From Eledone cirrhosa (taxonomy: Eukaryota): DNA of 64,000 nt. The first letter of the stretch is position 1; every line of letters begins with the position of its first letter. The position numbers were made by a program, and so were the translations under genes. The DNA is taken from positions 22,382,001 through 22,446,000 of the forward strand of contig OZ024764.1 of assembly GCA_964016885.1 (NCBI GenBank), in the 5' to 3' direction. Positions 40,915 to 55,433 of the stretch are shown here, in pieces. Below the pieces are notes generated by a model. The model made no database searches. It saw nothing but the letters and a program-made list of their open reading frames with translations, and was not told the DNA's origin.

Positions 40915-41365
40915 CTGAATTTATATTTAACAAGGAGATCTTTTACTATCCCTAACCTTGTCTCTAGGTTGTCTTGTACCTCTCTCACAGTCCCTCTAGA
41001 TCTTATATTTAACAGGGAGATCTTTTACTGTCTCTACCCTTATCTCTAGGTTGTCTTGAGCCTCTCACAGTCCCTCTAGATTTTATATTTAACAGGGAGA
41101 TCTTTTACTATCCCTACCCTTTATTTAGGTTGTCTTGTACCTCTCTCACAGTCCTTCTAGATCTTATATTTAACAGGAAGATCTTTTACTATCTCTACCC
41201 TTTTCTCTAGGTTGTCTTGTACCTCTCTCACAGTCCCTCTAGATCTTATATTTAACAGGGAGATGTTTTACTGTCCCTACCCTTTTCTCTAGGTCGTCTT
41301 GTACCTCTCACAGTCCCTGTAGATCTTATATTTAACAGGGAGATCTTTTACTCTCCAGCCCTTCT
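40915..41365. repeat. ~81-bp minisatellite, ~5-6 copies
   Basis: ctctcacagtccctctagatcttatatttaacagggagatcttttact... repeated; also at 9640-9960, 23340-23570, 63735-64000. Confidence 0.9.
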
Positions 41366-42504
41366 ACAGATAGTCTTGTATATGTCATTCCCTCTAGATC
41401 TTACACCTAGTATCTAGTCTATGTTGAGTGGTACGTCCTTCTCCAGTAAAGGAGTTAATATTCCCAACCATCTGTCTATCCTGTTTTCTGATGAGAATGA
41501 AGTCAATCTAGTTTATCTCTTCACCTGATTGAAGTAACTAGATCAAGTAACTAGATGGTTTCCTGTAAGTTAGTGTTGCAGTGTTTGAGTCACCATGTAA
41601 GGTTTATATCTATTAATATAGAGATGTAGTAAAGTTTTCACTGTTGTATCTCTATTTTCTAAATATCTTAATAATGTTTCTCTCCTATTTCAGAATATCA
41701 CATGACCTTGACAGAAAAGAGTCTTTTAAAGACAACAGAAAGATGTTACATTCAAGTGATATAAACTTGTTTAGTCTGTGGTGAATTATGGTGAAATATT
41801 TCTTCTGAATTGAGATAAATAACAACATTTTCCTTTTTCACTGTCTGGAATATTTACAAGATGATTTTACATTCTGATTAAACTTTGGATATTTCCAAAG
41901 GAGTTTTCAAAATATTTGGATATTGACAAAGATCACATTTGATAAAATTATGAACAATAGAAATATTTACATCAACATAGGAATATTTTCCAGAAGAGAT
42001 GGGAAAATCATTATACCACTGTAATATTTGTAGCAAAGTATTCTCTCTTCTTTATATGTAGAACAGCTAACTAAACACTTTAACTAACAAACTATTGTGC
42101 TATAGAATTGACAAACTTGAGGAATGTTTAATAAATGTTACAGATTTCTCCAAACTGTCGTTTACTAACTTTAATTTGAAGCTATATTATCTATATACTA
42201 CTAAAACTCTGTGATTGTGTCTTGTCCGTAATTTAATACAGCTAAAACAGTGCATAATGGGGAAATAATTTGAAAGGAATAAAACAAGTTTTTTATAAAT
42301 TGGAGCACAGGTTCCCAAGATACGGGGTTTTCTGGGTACCTTCATAAATATAGGGAGAGAAAGAGATAGTGGTTGTGAGAGAGTGGGAGCTGGTGGTGTT
42401 AAATAGAATGTATGTGTGTATATATATATATATATATAGATAGATACACGTATCTATATATATATACGTATGTGCATATATATGTATCTATATATATATA
42501 CGGA

Positions 42505-42807
42505 TGAAGCATATAGACAATATGCCCCCACACCCTCCCACTGCAAGGTGGTCGTGGTGGTGCCACAGCAAAAAAGCACCGAGCCCACACTGTAAAGTGG
42601 ACATGTAGGTGCCACGAAAAAGCACCCAGCACTCACTGTAAATGAGGTTGGTGTTAGGAAGGGCATCCAGCTGTAGAAATCGAGCCAAATCAGTTGCTGT
42701 ATGAGCAAGGCATGGTCAGCCGAGCAGACGCTGCCCACAACAGGTCAATTCGTCTAACCCATGCTAGCGTGGAAGAACGGACATAAAACGGTGATGATGA
42801 TGATGAT
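42505..42807 (+). mobile_element. 5'-truncated RTE (3' UTR only) inserted in the (TA)n of Helitron B
   Basis: Close match to 2232-2537 including the gatgatgat tail; absent at ~11030 and ~24650. Confidence 0.92.
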
Positions 42808-44415
42808 ATATATATATACGTATGTGTATATTTTAACTGTTTAAAAATTATTTTAAATGACTTTTAAAAAGTAGTGATAAAGGAACGTGACCCAACAGGT
42901 CGCGGGTGGTCTAGTTTGTTACTAAATACTAGATATTAGAGGGTCATGTTGTTCTAGATGTGCTGGAAGAGCTATTCCATCTTGTGAGGTTCACACCAGC
43001 AGCTAGCCACCTCAGCACCTGTGGTGGTATATTTATTATATTATTTATTCTTTATCATTAACATTAATATAAAAGATAATTATATATTTTTAGAGAAGAA
43101 CCTCTAACTTCATATAGCTTAGGGCTTCAGTAGGTAAAAGTCTGGCCCTGCTTGTCTTGTATTTTTTAGGGGAGAAGTTAGGGAATACTGTTATTGTGTG
43201 AAAGTTTTCTAAATCTTCAGCCACTAACATGGAGAAGATATTTCAGTAAGAAGGTTCACATCCTGACATCTATAGCTGTTAACAATGAGATTGGAATTCA
43301 TTATTAAACAAATGTTATATCATCATCACTGTTTAACATCAGTTTTTTCACGCTGGCATGGGTTAGACGAGTTATCCTGTTGTAAGCAATGCCAGGTCAG
43401 GTGATCACGTGTTGCTTCTACAGAACAAATTTTGGATTGGTTTCTACAGCTGGATGCACCAACCTTATTTACATTAAGTACTGGGTGCATTTTACCATCT
43501 CACCATCACTACCACTTTACAGTGTGGGCTGGGTGCTTTTTGTTGTGACAGCTACATGACCACTTTACAGTGTGCGTTGGGTACATTTTGTTGTGACACC
43601 AACATGACCATTTTAAAGTTTTGGCTGGGTACTTTTTGTTGTCACCTACATGACCGCTTTACAGTGTGGGCTGGTTTCTTTATGTCATATCACCTACATG
43701 ACCACCTTATAGTGTTGGCTGTGTGGGTTGGGTGCTTTTTGTCATATCTCCTACCCAACCACTTTGCAGTGTGGGCAGTGAAATATCAGTAATGCACCAG
43801 CTCCAATATTCAGTAATCAGAAGAAGGGAGGTAGGCATAAAAGCCAAACTTGCTGTCTTCAATTAGGTTTTTGTACCAACCCTTACCTATGGTCACATAT
43901 CTTGGGTACTGACCAAAAGAATATGATTGGGAATAAAAATGACAGGTATGGAATTCTTCTGAAGGGTCTTTGAGTGAACTTTTCTCAATAAAGCTTGGCT
44001 GGTCTCTCTGGGAGATCCAGCCAGATCAGTTGGAGTGGGTTGCTTCTGACAGGACCTGTTGGAGGGAGTGTTTGAGGACTCTGCCCCCAAGACCCTCTCA
44101 GGAATGACTGGATTAATAAGAAGAGGTTGAGGTTACATCATCAACATCAGATTTCCCTGCTAGCAAGGGTTTAATGAGTCTACTTCAACCAAGTAAGTAC
44201 TGAAGTGAGGCTACTGATCTCCCAGACGGACCAAGGATCTGAGACTTATTTACATAAGGTCTCATTTGCTACTGAGTGCACAGAAAAGGTTGTCATGTCT
44301 TTGTCATGATTGAAGGGTTCTCCGACACTATTGTCGGGCAAGCTTTCTATGGCTAGATGTCCTTCACATGACCAACCACATTACAGCCTGTGTTGGGTGT
44401 GTTTATCATGTAGGT

Positions 44416-46445
44416 GAGACATAACAAACTGAGGGTTCTCCAAGGTCCACATAGGTCACATGTGTTGTCTGAGGGTTGCACACTACAACTAATTATGTAC
44501 ACGACAACTAAGTAAAGTCATTTACTAAAATATATTGCAGAAAGATTTGTTACTTAAATTTAGAAACATACAATGTACATACAAATGTTTTAGCAGCATT
44601 CATGAATACAAAGTAATGAAGTAGTTTGACAAAAAACTAAAATTTCACATGTCAACATATACTTGCAGATTGTAACAGCAACAAATACATTGTACACAAA
44701 TAACAACAGTTGAAAACTGAACATTTATTTGCTACTATTCAACCATTTTTAGTGTTTTGTCCTGAGGCTTGACACTTCTTTCTGTTGACAATGTTTGGTA
44801 TATCTGGCTGAAATGTCTGTACAGTTCCAACTTTAATCAGAAATGACAAGTGTTGATCTTTCAGCCTTGTTCTCTGAGAAGTTTTTGTTAAGCTAAGTAC
44901 AGACTCAGTATGGGCAGTGATTTTCAGCTCTTTGCACATAAGAAAATGAATTAAATTTTTATCTGACAACGGAGACTTCCATAAGCTAAGTTTTCTAATG
45001 AAGAACTTGATGTCATCATACAACTGAGTGATGGGTTTGTTTTTACCTTGTAATTTCAAATTAAGATCAGTTAATTGTGCAGTAATATCCACAAATAAAG
45101 CCAGATGTTGGAGCCAACTTTCATCTTTTATCTCATCTGTGTTTTGACCTTTCATCTCCAAAATCATAATTATTTCAACAAATAGCATCTTTTCAGCACT
45201 TTGTGACATGTCAACCAGCAGACTTCTGTGTAGAATGGAACATCGGTGAACTGATTATCCATATCTTCCAACAACTGGCTGAACTGACGGTGGTTGAGAG
45301 CACGGCCTCTGATTTAGTTCACTGTCTTTGTGACCAAGCTAAGCACATGATGCAATTTTAAAATCTTTGAACATAAATTTTGCTGATGAATAATAGTGAA
45401 AATGTGCAAATGATGAATCTAGATATGAGTTTTCTATTTTTGTTTGTAACTTGGCAGCAACACCATTATGTCTACCAACCATATTTGCAGCACTGTCAGT
45501 AGATAAACATGCAAGTTTACTCAGATCAAAACCATGCAGACCCTGCTTGACCTTCTCAAAGATGTCCTGGCTTGTTATAATGTCATGCATGGGGACCAGT
45601 TCAATCAGTTCTTCATAAATGTTAAATTCACAGTCACAGGCCCTGATGAAGAATGCAAGCTGTACTATTCCAGTGATGTCAACAGTCTCATCAATAGCAA
45701 TAGAAACATGTTCAAACCTTGATGATACAGCCTTTAACTGTTGTTTCAGATCACCTGACATTTCATTAATCTATTCAGCAACAGTGTTCCTGGTTAATGA
45801 AATGTCTTTGAATAACTGTGCTTTCTCTGGACAATTTCAGCTGTTTTTACAAAATCTCCTTCACTCTAAGATTTCCCACTCATGGCAATCATTTGACTGA
45901 GTTCATAGCTTGCAGTAACGGAAGTGACATTCTCTTCCTGAATTAACATAAAACAGGTCTGTTGCTGTGTCAAGTTAGACTTCAATTCCTTCAGTCTTGA
46001 AATACACATTGGGGCTTCATATTTATCGTAAGATCGACGGTTTGTTTCATAATGTCTTTTTGAATTGTACTCTTTTGGCCTGGCGATGTAGTTGTTGCAA
46101 ATTAAACAGTGTATCTTTCTGTTCAGCGTTGAGCAAAAGTACTGGAATTCCCACTTTTCTTGAAACACTTGCCCTTCTTCGTTCAATTTCTTTTTTCTCT
46201 TAGCTGGAGGAGCACTAACCATTTCAAAAACAAAATCTTTTGAAATTTTGAAAGAAAGTTTTCTGTTAATGAGCTGCACGTGATTAATGGCAGTTAAAAG
46301 TAGTTGACAAAATTTGCACAAAAAAATTAATTGTATCGAAAATGTTTTAAATTTTATATTACGAAAATGAAACATGCTCGCATTGTAAAAACCTTTGTGT
46401 GGGCCGCAGGTTTGCTTGCCAAGGGCCGCATGTTTGACAGGTCTG
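44416..46445 (-). mobile_element. hAT/Buster transposon, unit 3 copy
   Basis: TSD atgtaggt at 44408-44415 and 46446-46453; transposase fragments. Confidence 0.9.
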
Positions 46446-48551
46446 ATGTAGGTTACCAACACTAGGGAGGGCAGCATGTCCTTCAGTGTGTTCTGCTACA
46501 TTAACTACCAGGAGGTCACCACATGAGACAAAGAATACATTTCAAAGAAGGGTCATAAAAGAACTAAATACGAAAGTACCCACAGCAAAAAGGAAATAAT
46601 TGAGCTTTGGGTCTAGGTCAAGGGGCAGAAGTGCTGTGCCCTGTTAATAAGACTGAAAAAGTATTCGCCCCGGACTATGGACAGTTACACCCACTGCAAC
46701 AGCCACCCCAACCTCATGGGGCTCCCTCTTCAGAAGAGCCACCAACGTTCTGATCTTACAGAGGAGCTTGGTAGTACGGGGTCCAAGTACTTTTGAGGTC
46801 TCGATGGTGACCGGTGTGAAGAGACCTACAATTGATGTCATCCCAGTTATGTTGGACTGCAATATACTGGGGTATAGAGAGGCCTTAACATGTCACAGCC
46901 GAGCCACCCAGGGTTGTGTCATCTAGGTACCAGACAGGGGTAACTAGACCATGTTGTCAACTGTCAGCACCAATAGGAGTGAGGCGAGTGGTCCCCTTGC
47001 TAGACACCATATATAAAACGTATTTGCTAATTACTTTAATGAATAATTTGTTTCATACGTAATTATTACTTTTAACACGATAGGATTTTGTACACGTGTT
47101 TGTTTGAAAACATCTTTCAAAGAAGTATGAGCCAGTCTTTTGTAGTGATTATTATAATAAATTACCGTATGTTGAGCTGTTTTAACTTCTCCACCTTCTA
47201 TTAATTCATATTGTTTTTGTAAAAAAACGATATCTTCTTCATATATATACATATGAATGCCTGTGGCTGAGTGGTTAGAGAATTGGATTCGGAATTGTGA
47301 GGTTGTGAGTTCGATTCTCAGACTAGGCGATGCGTTATGTCCTTGAGCAAGACATTTTGTTTCACGTTGCTCCTTCTACCTGGAGTTGCGACCGATAGAT
47401 AGTATTAGCAATTGGAAAGACCAATGGAAACATTGTTTCCTCGGTCAGATTTGACTAAAAGTCGATCATTAAAAAAATATATATTTATATATATATAGAG
47501 AGAGATAGAGAAACACACAAGCGTACACTACTGTAAAACATATGTAAGGGTAGACAACTCTCGTTACATCCCCCTCTTCTTTTTATATACGTCCTTTAAA
47601 TACTTTGTTCAATGGAACCTGCTTTATTTTGTGTCCTAAGTAGATTTCTGTTTAAGTATTTACGAGATTCACAATGATTCACGTAACCAAGTTACTTACA
47701 TAGAGATATATTTCACATAGAATCACAACAAATGAAAATATTAAGTCAACACTCTGTCAATCAGTCTCACATCACATGGGGTGCCGGAGTCTCCTTCTAA
47801 TACTTTCTGAGACAGTCTTACCTCGAGTGATAGCAAGGCTAAGATGTTGGAACTACCAAACACCCTCATATGTATCATCTGACACCTCGGTAAGGAGAGC
47901 TGCCAACGATAACAAGAACCTCGTTGTCAGGGACCTATCTCCTCCAAACTTCTCCAACACCACAGACTAGAATATTCTACTCTTTATTCCCTATCAAATA
48001 TATTTCAGTCTAGTCATTTATCTTGTATGTTGTATATATATTTTCAAAACTAACTGTCACATTTGTGAGACCCCAGTTAGTGATGTTTTCATCTCCCTCC
48101 CACATCCTACATGCTGTAGTAAAAGTGAGGGTCACTGCTTCCGTAGACGAACGAAATAAAAGTTAAACTACCAGTAATTATCGGCAAAGTATTTATTCCA
48201 GTCTGTGATGTTTGAGAAGCTGGGCTGCTGACAACGAAGTTGTTGTCACTGTTGGCGGCTGGCTTTACCGAAGTACCCGATGACTCTTGTGAGGGTACTT
48301 AGCTGTTCTGGCAACTTAGCCCCCATATGACCCGATCTTACCGAGATACCCGGCGATCTCTGTCAGGGTACTTAGCTGTTCTAGCAACTTAGCCCCCATA
48401 TGACCCGATCTTACCGAAGTACCCGGTGATCTCTGTAAGAGTACTTAGCTGTTCTATTTTAATTACATTTACTGTTTTCAACTTTATTTTTTTTTATTAC
48501 AAACTTTACATAATTTAATTCGGTAAAAATATTTTTCACGTCACAAAAAAA

Positions 48552-48680
48552 CTTGACCTTTGACATTGAAGCATGCGCAGTGGTGGAGCTGTCGACTTCC
48601 TGTCCACGTGTTAGTCTTCCTACAACATAATTTAGAAAACATTTCTGCAAATACTAAACACCTGAGACTATAATGTAAGT
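48552..48680 (+). promoter_or_regulatory. Putative promoter/exon 1 (4a)
   Basis: Motif cluster; GTAAGT at 48675. Confidence 0.55.
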
Positions 48681-49320
48681 ATTACGTCTATTAATATTGT
48701 AGATTTAAGCTCACTTTTCACATCACAAATATATATTTTCTTGTTTGTTTCATTACTGGAAATATAAAATGTTATCGTAATTATCTATATTTTACCTATA
48801 GCTTTTACTTAGCTGTTCTGGCAACTTAGCCTCCATATGACCCGATCTTACCGAGATACCCGGTGATCTCTGCCAGGGTACTTAGCTGTTCTGGCAACTT
48901 AGCCTCCATATGACCCGATCTTACCGAGATACCCGGTGATCTCTGCCAGGGTACTCGATTGATCCAGCACCCTACTATATCTACCAACAGGTTATATCGA
49001 GGTATCAAGTGATAATCTTTTCTAGTCAAGACCTCCTCTGCTGTCCTCTGTCTTCCAACTGCCCTGTTATTCTACAGACTCACGAAAGTGGACACCACCT
49101 GAAGGAGAGAGTGGTTGGTGTAGTGGTCATCGCTGGCTATTGTCCGAGTGACACAGGTAAAATAGACTACCTAGACTGAGGTGAAATGTCTACCGTCCAT
49201 TCCTCACCACCAACATCTTACTTTCTCTATTTTAATTACATTTACTGTTTTCAACTTCATTTTTTTATTACAAACTTTACATAATTTAATTCCGTAAAAA
49301 TATTTTACGTCACAAAAAAA

Positions 49321-49437
49321 CATTGAAGCATGCGCAGTGGTGCAGTTGTCGACTTCCTGTCCACGTGTCAGTCTTCCTACAACAACATTTAGACAACATT
49401 TCTGTAAATACTAAACACCTGAGACTATAATGTAAGT
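49321..49437 (+). promoter_or_regulatory. Duplicated putative promoter/exon 1 (4b), lacking TGACCTTTGAC
   Basis: Motif cluster; GTAAGT at 49432. Confidence 0.55.
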
Positions 49438-49892
49438 ATTATGTCTATTAATATTCTAGATTTAAGCTCACTTTTCACATCACAAATATATATTTTCTTG
49501 TTTGTTTCATTACTGGAAATATAAAATGTTATCGTAATTATCTATATTTTACCTACCTCTAATTAATTAAAGTGAAAACTTTTGTTGTTGCTGAAAAATA
49601 AATTAACAAAACTAAATATTTAAATATTCTAAAGGTCGTTTTTATATTATGTGATGATATAATTAATATATTTTATTACAATTGTATAAATTTACAGTAG
49701 AATAACGTTGTAAATATGTTTTAAATATATACATAAATAACATAAGTGTGTAAATAACATTATAAATTGCTGGCAATTCCTTGAGAAAGACATTACAAAT
49801 ATATTGTCTAAACTGTGTATAATAATATAATTTATTGAACAATAATGATAAAGGAAAGAAAAACACAGTGGGAGATGGCAATTGACCACCAA

Positions 49893-52800
49893 ACGAGGTA
49901 AACATTTTCAACTTTCCCCTTTTTTTGCTTTGTCCGAGACAACTCAAAATATTCTTCAAGGAACTGGATTTTCCATTCGGTTGGATCGAACGGATTTTAC
50001 CATTTATAATCTACGGAGAGGAATAACAGATGTTCGGAGGAAAAAAGAATTGTTTGTGGCAACAACGTAGGGAACCAACCTGGAGCAATTGTATCACACA
50101 ATTATACTTTCCTCCTTAACATATACACTTACAATTTTTCAAAATCAAACCCCCCAAATATAAAATATAAATAATTATAAATGGCGAGGAACCATCCCAT
50201 CTCCCTCTTGAAATAACCTGAATCTATTTATAGTCAGGTGTGACTGAAAGGTCAATCCATACTTCCATTCTATTTCACAGAATTAGAAGCTTTGACCACT
50301 TGATAGAATTCAGGTCCAGTAATGTAATCACTCCGTAATTGTAAACATCTTGTATCACTATCATTCAGGTTTTGATTTTACTTAAGTCTTGCCCATGTTT
50401 TTTTTTTTTTCTTTTTTACACCAACTCACAATTTCGGTTTTTACTGCGGATTTACCCATGCGAACTATTACACAAACTCACAGCCTTAGATTTTGTATTT
50501 CTAGCGTTTTTATTTTCCTTCTCTTTGCATGTTCAGTGCTCTTTCTCTCCCACTGTATTTATCTGCCTCTCACATGACCACACTCCTCTCCACGCACTCA
50601 TCATCTTCTCACTCCTTCTCCACCTTCCATCCCTCCCCTTGCTCAACCCTTACTTCCTCCTCGCGCACAGCCCACCTAGGTATTCGTTCAACCCGCCGGT
50701 GGCCCGATGTTTCGACCGAACTATCACCGGCGATTGCCGATTGCTAAAGTTGCCACCACTTTAACCTAGTCCACTCTAGGTGGCGGTGGCATGCGTCGAA
50801 CGACCAAGAGACCTGCTTGGTGTAACGACTAATGTGACAACCGGTCAGCCTCCGACCTCTCATTCTACACCAACTGCAGCACGCACGAGAGGAGCTAACT
50901 TGACCCCACCTACCCCTCCTCTCCTTCAAGGCAGATTCCGAACGAATCCATCCCGGCCAACCACACCACCCCTACAACTGTTAGCTCACTACCCAACCCC
51001 CGCTTTAGTCCCACCGTTAGAACCACTGTTGTCTCCTTTACTGACTCCCTTCAGCGAATTCCAACGCTGGCCCTCTACTGCCGGCTGTTGCCAGCCCGCC
51101 ACCTGATTGCGCCCTCTGTGCCCGCACTAACCAGTACTTAAAGACAATTAAAAGTCACCTATGCCACGCAAGCTACCACAGAAGCTGTGTCAGCATCACC
51201 AAAGCTCAAGCCGAAAGGCTTCAACACTGGACCTGTCATCGGTGCCACTTCAGCTCCGACTATTCCGTGGGGATGACCAACACTCTAACGACGACTTTCC
51301 ACAGCCCCCCAGGGCTTCTCCAAATCAAAGCTCGTTAACCGGACCCTTAAGGGAGCTCGGAACAGCTTTGCAGGTGCCCTCTCTAATTTACTGAAAAACG
51401 TTTGCTCGTCCAACAATAGACTGGCAGAAATTGTTTATGTTTCCCCTCATCTCTCTTCACGTGCACAATGCGAACTCGGGTTCCCTCAAGTCCTCTCTCA
51501 AGCGGCAGTTCCAGCTTTTTGAGTCCACCCCAACCACGTCTCATCTCAGTTCGTCTCCGAGCTCGGTGTCCACCAACAGACAACCGGTAGACCTCAAGCG
51601 AGCCGTCAATGCCAAATTCAGCGAATTTGACATTAAAGGGGCTGTCCTCCCTTGCTCCATGCAACTCTGACTCTCGTGAGCGTCTGAAAGAGAAGCACCC
51701 CCAGATGATCAGCAACACTGGCCCGAACCACCAGAATACTTGAGACCAGTTTACACCACCAATATCATCAGAAAGGCGATTTCATCCTTCCCCGCTGGGT
51801 CAGGCGCAGGAATTGACGTCCTTCGTCCTCAACACCTCAAGGATGGTATCTCCTTATCGGCCGGTGATGCCGGACTCGAGCTCTTGGAGAGTCTGACTCA
51901 GTTTGTGAATCAGTGAATGTTCTCCCGTTCATCCGCCCACTGTTCTTCGGTGCGAAGCTATTTGGTCTCACCAAGCCCAACGGGGACCTGCGCCGCATTG
52001 CGGTTGGCTGCACACCTCGCCGCCTCACTGCAAAAGCGTGATTGCTGTTGGTCTCCAACCCACTGGCGGAGGAATTATCCCCCATCCAGCTGTGGGTGGG
52101 TACCAGGTTGGGATGTGTGGCTGCCGTCCACGCTGCCAGAGCATTTGCCAACTTGCCCTCCTCATCCCCCAAGGTCATCCTCAAACTTGACCCCAGGAAT
52201 GCCTTCAACTCCGTCAGCCGTAACATCGTCCTCGGCTCAGTAAGAGAGAGGGTCCCACAACTCTACCACTTTGCTTGGCAGGCTTATCGGGAGCCCTCCT
52301 ACCTCTCTTTCAGTAACCAGATCATCACCTCTGCCTCAGGAGTCCAACAGGGTGACCCACTCTGGGACACCCCCCCCCCCCGCACTGGACATTGATGACG
52401 TCACCATGATGGGGGCTGAGTTGGACCTCAATGTCTGGTAGCTCGACGACGCCTGTTTCGGGGGAACTCCGGATATGGTTCTCGCCACTGCCAACAGGAT
52501 GGTGGAGGAGCTTGGCGCCGGGGTCTCCAGATCAATAGCTCCAAATGTGAGCTCTGGATCCTCAACCACCCGGCTTCTTAACACCAACAGCTGATCGACC
52601 TGTTCGCAGAGTCCTTCCCTTTCATCACGGTCCCTCCCCCGTCGGCTTGGTGCTCCTTAGGAGCCCCAATTACAGACCTGGCCTTCGGGTCAACCATCCA
52701 ATCGAAGATGGTTGGCCTTGAGCAGCTGCTGAGGAATATTGAAGATATCGAACGCCATCAAGGTTTCTTCTTACTCAGGAACTACCTGTCTATTCCTAAG

Positions 52801-54170
52801 CTTCTGTATCTGCTCAGGGTCAGCCCCTCTCACAGATTTCCATCCTGCCTCCAACGCTTCGACGACCTAATCTTCGAGAGACTCGAGTGTCTGGTCAATG
52901 TTAGTAAGTGTTCGTCCCTCTCTCTCCCCTGCTTCCTTTCCTCCACCCAAGCTTGCAGCATCCTCTCCTCTCCAACATGGACTAGTTCCAACAGGGAGTT
53001 GTGTGAAGCTCTCCAGCAATGGAGTGAGTTGGGCTTGTCTCTTCCTGAGAAGGTGGAGGACAGTCGAAGTCAGAGAACTTGGGACAGGATACGTTGGAAT
53101 GCCACCTTCGACTCCCTCTTCGTCCTCTCAGATCAGTTTACAAGGTGCCGCTTACCAACTGCCAGCGCCAAATACTCCGGTGACTGGGTCGATGCCTTAC
53201 CCGTGGCCAACGTTGGAGGCCTACTCAGCCTGGATGAAGTTCGTGTCTCCATCACCCTCAGAGTGGGAGCTGACGTCTGCATGGGTTTGAGATGTGGCTA
53301 ACTCCTCGACTCCACAGGCCCCCACGGTCTTTCTTGCCGCCTGAATGCCGGCCTCTTCGCCCGTCACACGGAGCTAAACTTTATTCTGAAGAGAGCTTTG
53401 GCCCGGGCAAACATCCCCTCAGTCTTGGAACCATCTTGGTTGTCCAGAAGTGACGGCAAAAGACCTGACGGCCTTACCCTGTGCCCCTGGTCGAGAGGCA
53501 GGTGCTTAATCTGGGACGTCACTGTTAGTGACTCCTTTGCTCTTTCCCACATCCTTGATGCTGCGGTAAGGACGAGAGCCACAGCTTCGGCAGACAAGCG
53601 GAGTAAGACCCTCAAATACTCTGATCTGTCGGCCAGCTACATTTTTCAGCCTGTGGCTTTCGAGACGTTTGGGGGAGTCGGGCCGCTGACTGCGAGGTTC
53701 CTTTCCTCACTGGCGGCTCGCCTTATAGAGGTAACTGGCGAAATCGCGAGGGCGCTTGGCTGTTCCAGCACCTCAACCTCGCCATCACCCGAGGTAACAC
53801 TGCCAGTGTGCTGGCTTGCCTCAAAACTCATTAGAGAGGTTTCCCAGTACCCCTCGTTGCTGTCTTTTGCTCTGGTGTTGGCTCCGTTGTCCACCCCTTC
53901 CTTTACATTTTCTTTAATATTGCAACATTGAAGGAATATATCTTTCATTGTATCATCCTTTATAGTGTTACCGAGGCATTTGTAATGTTATTTATATATT
54001 TAAAACATATTTGTTATGTTATGCTACTGTAAATTTATTTATATGCTCTGTTTATATTTTCATTCTGAAGGAACTTATCCACTTGTGTTGATATAAGTGA
54101 TGCTATGACTTTCCTCTAAGCATTGTGTCATTATATATGTTATTATAAACGTGAATAAATTGAATTTATA
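49893..54170 (+). mobile_element. CRE-clade non-LTR retrotransposon (RT plus restriction-like endonuclease), frameshifted, copy-specific
   Basis: FPAGSGAGID.LRPQHLKD, LRRIAVG.T.RRL.AK, KLDPRNAFNSVSR, GVQQGDPL, W*LDD, RHTELN, KRPDG..WDVTVSD..KY..FQPVAFETFG; empty site caccaa|gtgtgataat at ~17589 and ~34109. Confidence 0.88.
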
Positions 54171-54728
54171 GTGTGATAATAGGCCACACCTCACACCCTA
54201 GGGGTTAACTACACACTTTGAGGCAAGCCAACACACTGGCAGCATTACAACGGGTGATGGTGAGGCTAAAATTCTGAAATAACCAGGTACCCTCACGGGT
54301 ATCACCTGACACCTCAGTAAGGTGAGGCTACGGTGCTGAAATAACCAGGTACCCTCACGGAAATGACTAGATTTGTAGAAAAAGTAGGGTGAAATTATTC
54401 AGAGAGATGTAGTTTCACAGATCTACTCACACCTCACGTTGGGTGAGAATAATTATTTTTCTTAGAATTCTTGCTATACCCCTTTTCCAGTATTTTTTCT
54501 CTGGACCTCTTAGATACTTGCGATAGACGTTTTATTTCCCAGTATTAGGATTAGGGTTTCCGTTTTCAGAAAGAAAAGTCGATTGCAAACATCTAAGAGG
54601 TCGAGAAATAAAATTAAGGAAAGATAATTATTTCCCAGCCAACTGGAGAAGTGTGTAACTCTTCTAAACTCCGATAATCCTATCTCCCACTTCTTTATCT
54701 ACAAATCTAGTCATTTCCTGCTACTTTG

Positions 54729-55357
54729 TTCCCTGGGGTATGCCTTAGTATTTGACACCATCTATCTGTCTTACTCCCTAACTAGCAAGAAGTCAATCTG
54801 TCTCATGTGCTCACCTGATTGGTAGGTTATTAGGTGGTTGGTAGGTTTCTTGAAGTGTTGCAAATGGTTAGTTCACTTGCATCACAAAATACAAGAAGCC
54901 TCACTCCTTCTTCATTTCTTGAGCCATAACCATGACCACCATGTACCCCAGTGTATCCATCCTGGAGCTGTCCAACATGACCATTGAATTCCCCTGCTAT
55001 TATAACTAGGTCTCTGTCATTGTGGTTGTCTCTACTTATTCCTTTTCTACATATGGAGCAGGGCCACTTTCCTGAAGGTGTCAGGGTCTTCTCTCCTATC
55101 CATTACCACTTTAGTTTTGGTTAAGTATATTCTCAGAACTTACCATTTCAAATTCTATATCTATAGTTGGTCATCTACATAGAGAAGTTTCCATAGACTG
55201 CCAGTCTTAAACCTCTCTGTTATGGCTTGGAGAACTATGATGAACAACAGTGGGCTAAGAACTAAACCATGATGAACTCCTACCTGTACCTTCAATTCTT
55301 CACTAGACACACTTTACTGACAGCTTCTCACAAGCCATTCTTCTACACCTAATTTCC
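54729..55357 (-). mobile_element. RTE relics of unit 4, after a ~3.5-kb deletion
   Basis: ctactttg|ttccctgggg junction; paralog of 5355-5985. Confidence 0.8.
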
Positions 55358-55433
55358 TTAACCCTTTAGTATATAAACTGGCCATATCTGGTCAGAATTC
55401 TCCCACATCTTTCTGTTCAAACTGGCCGTAATT

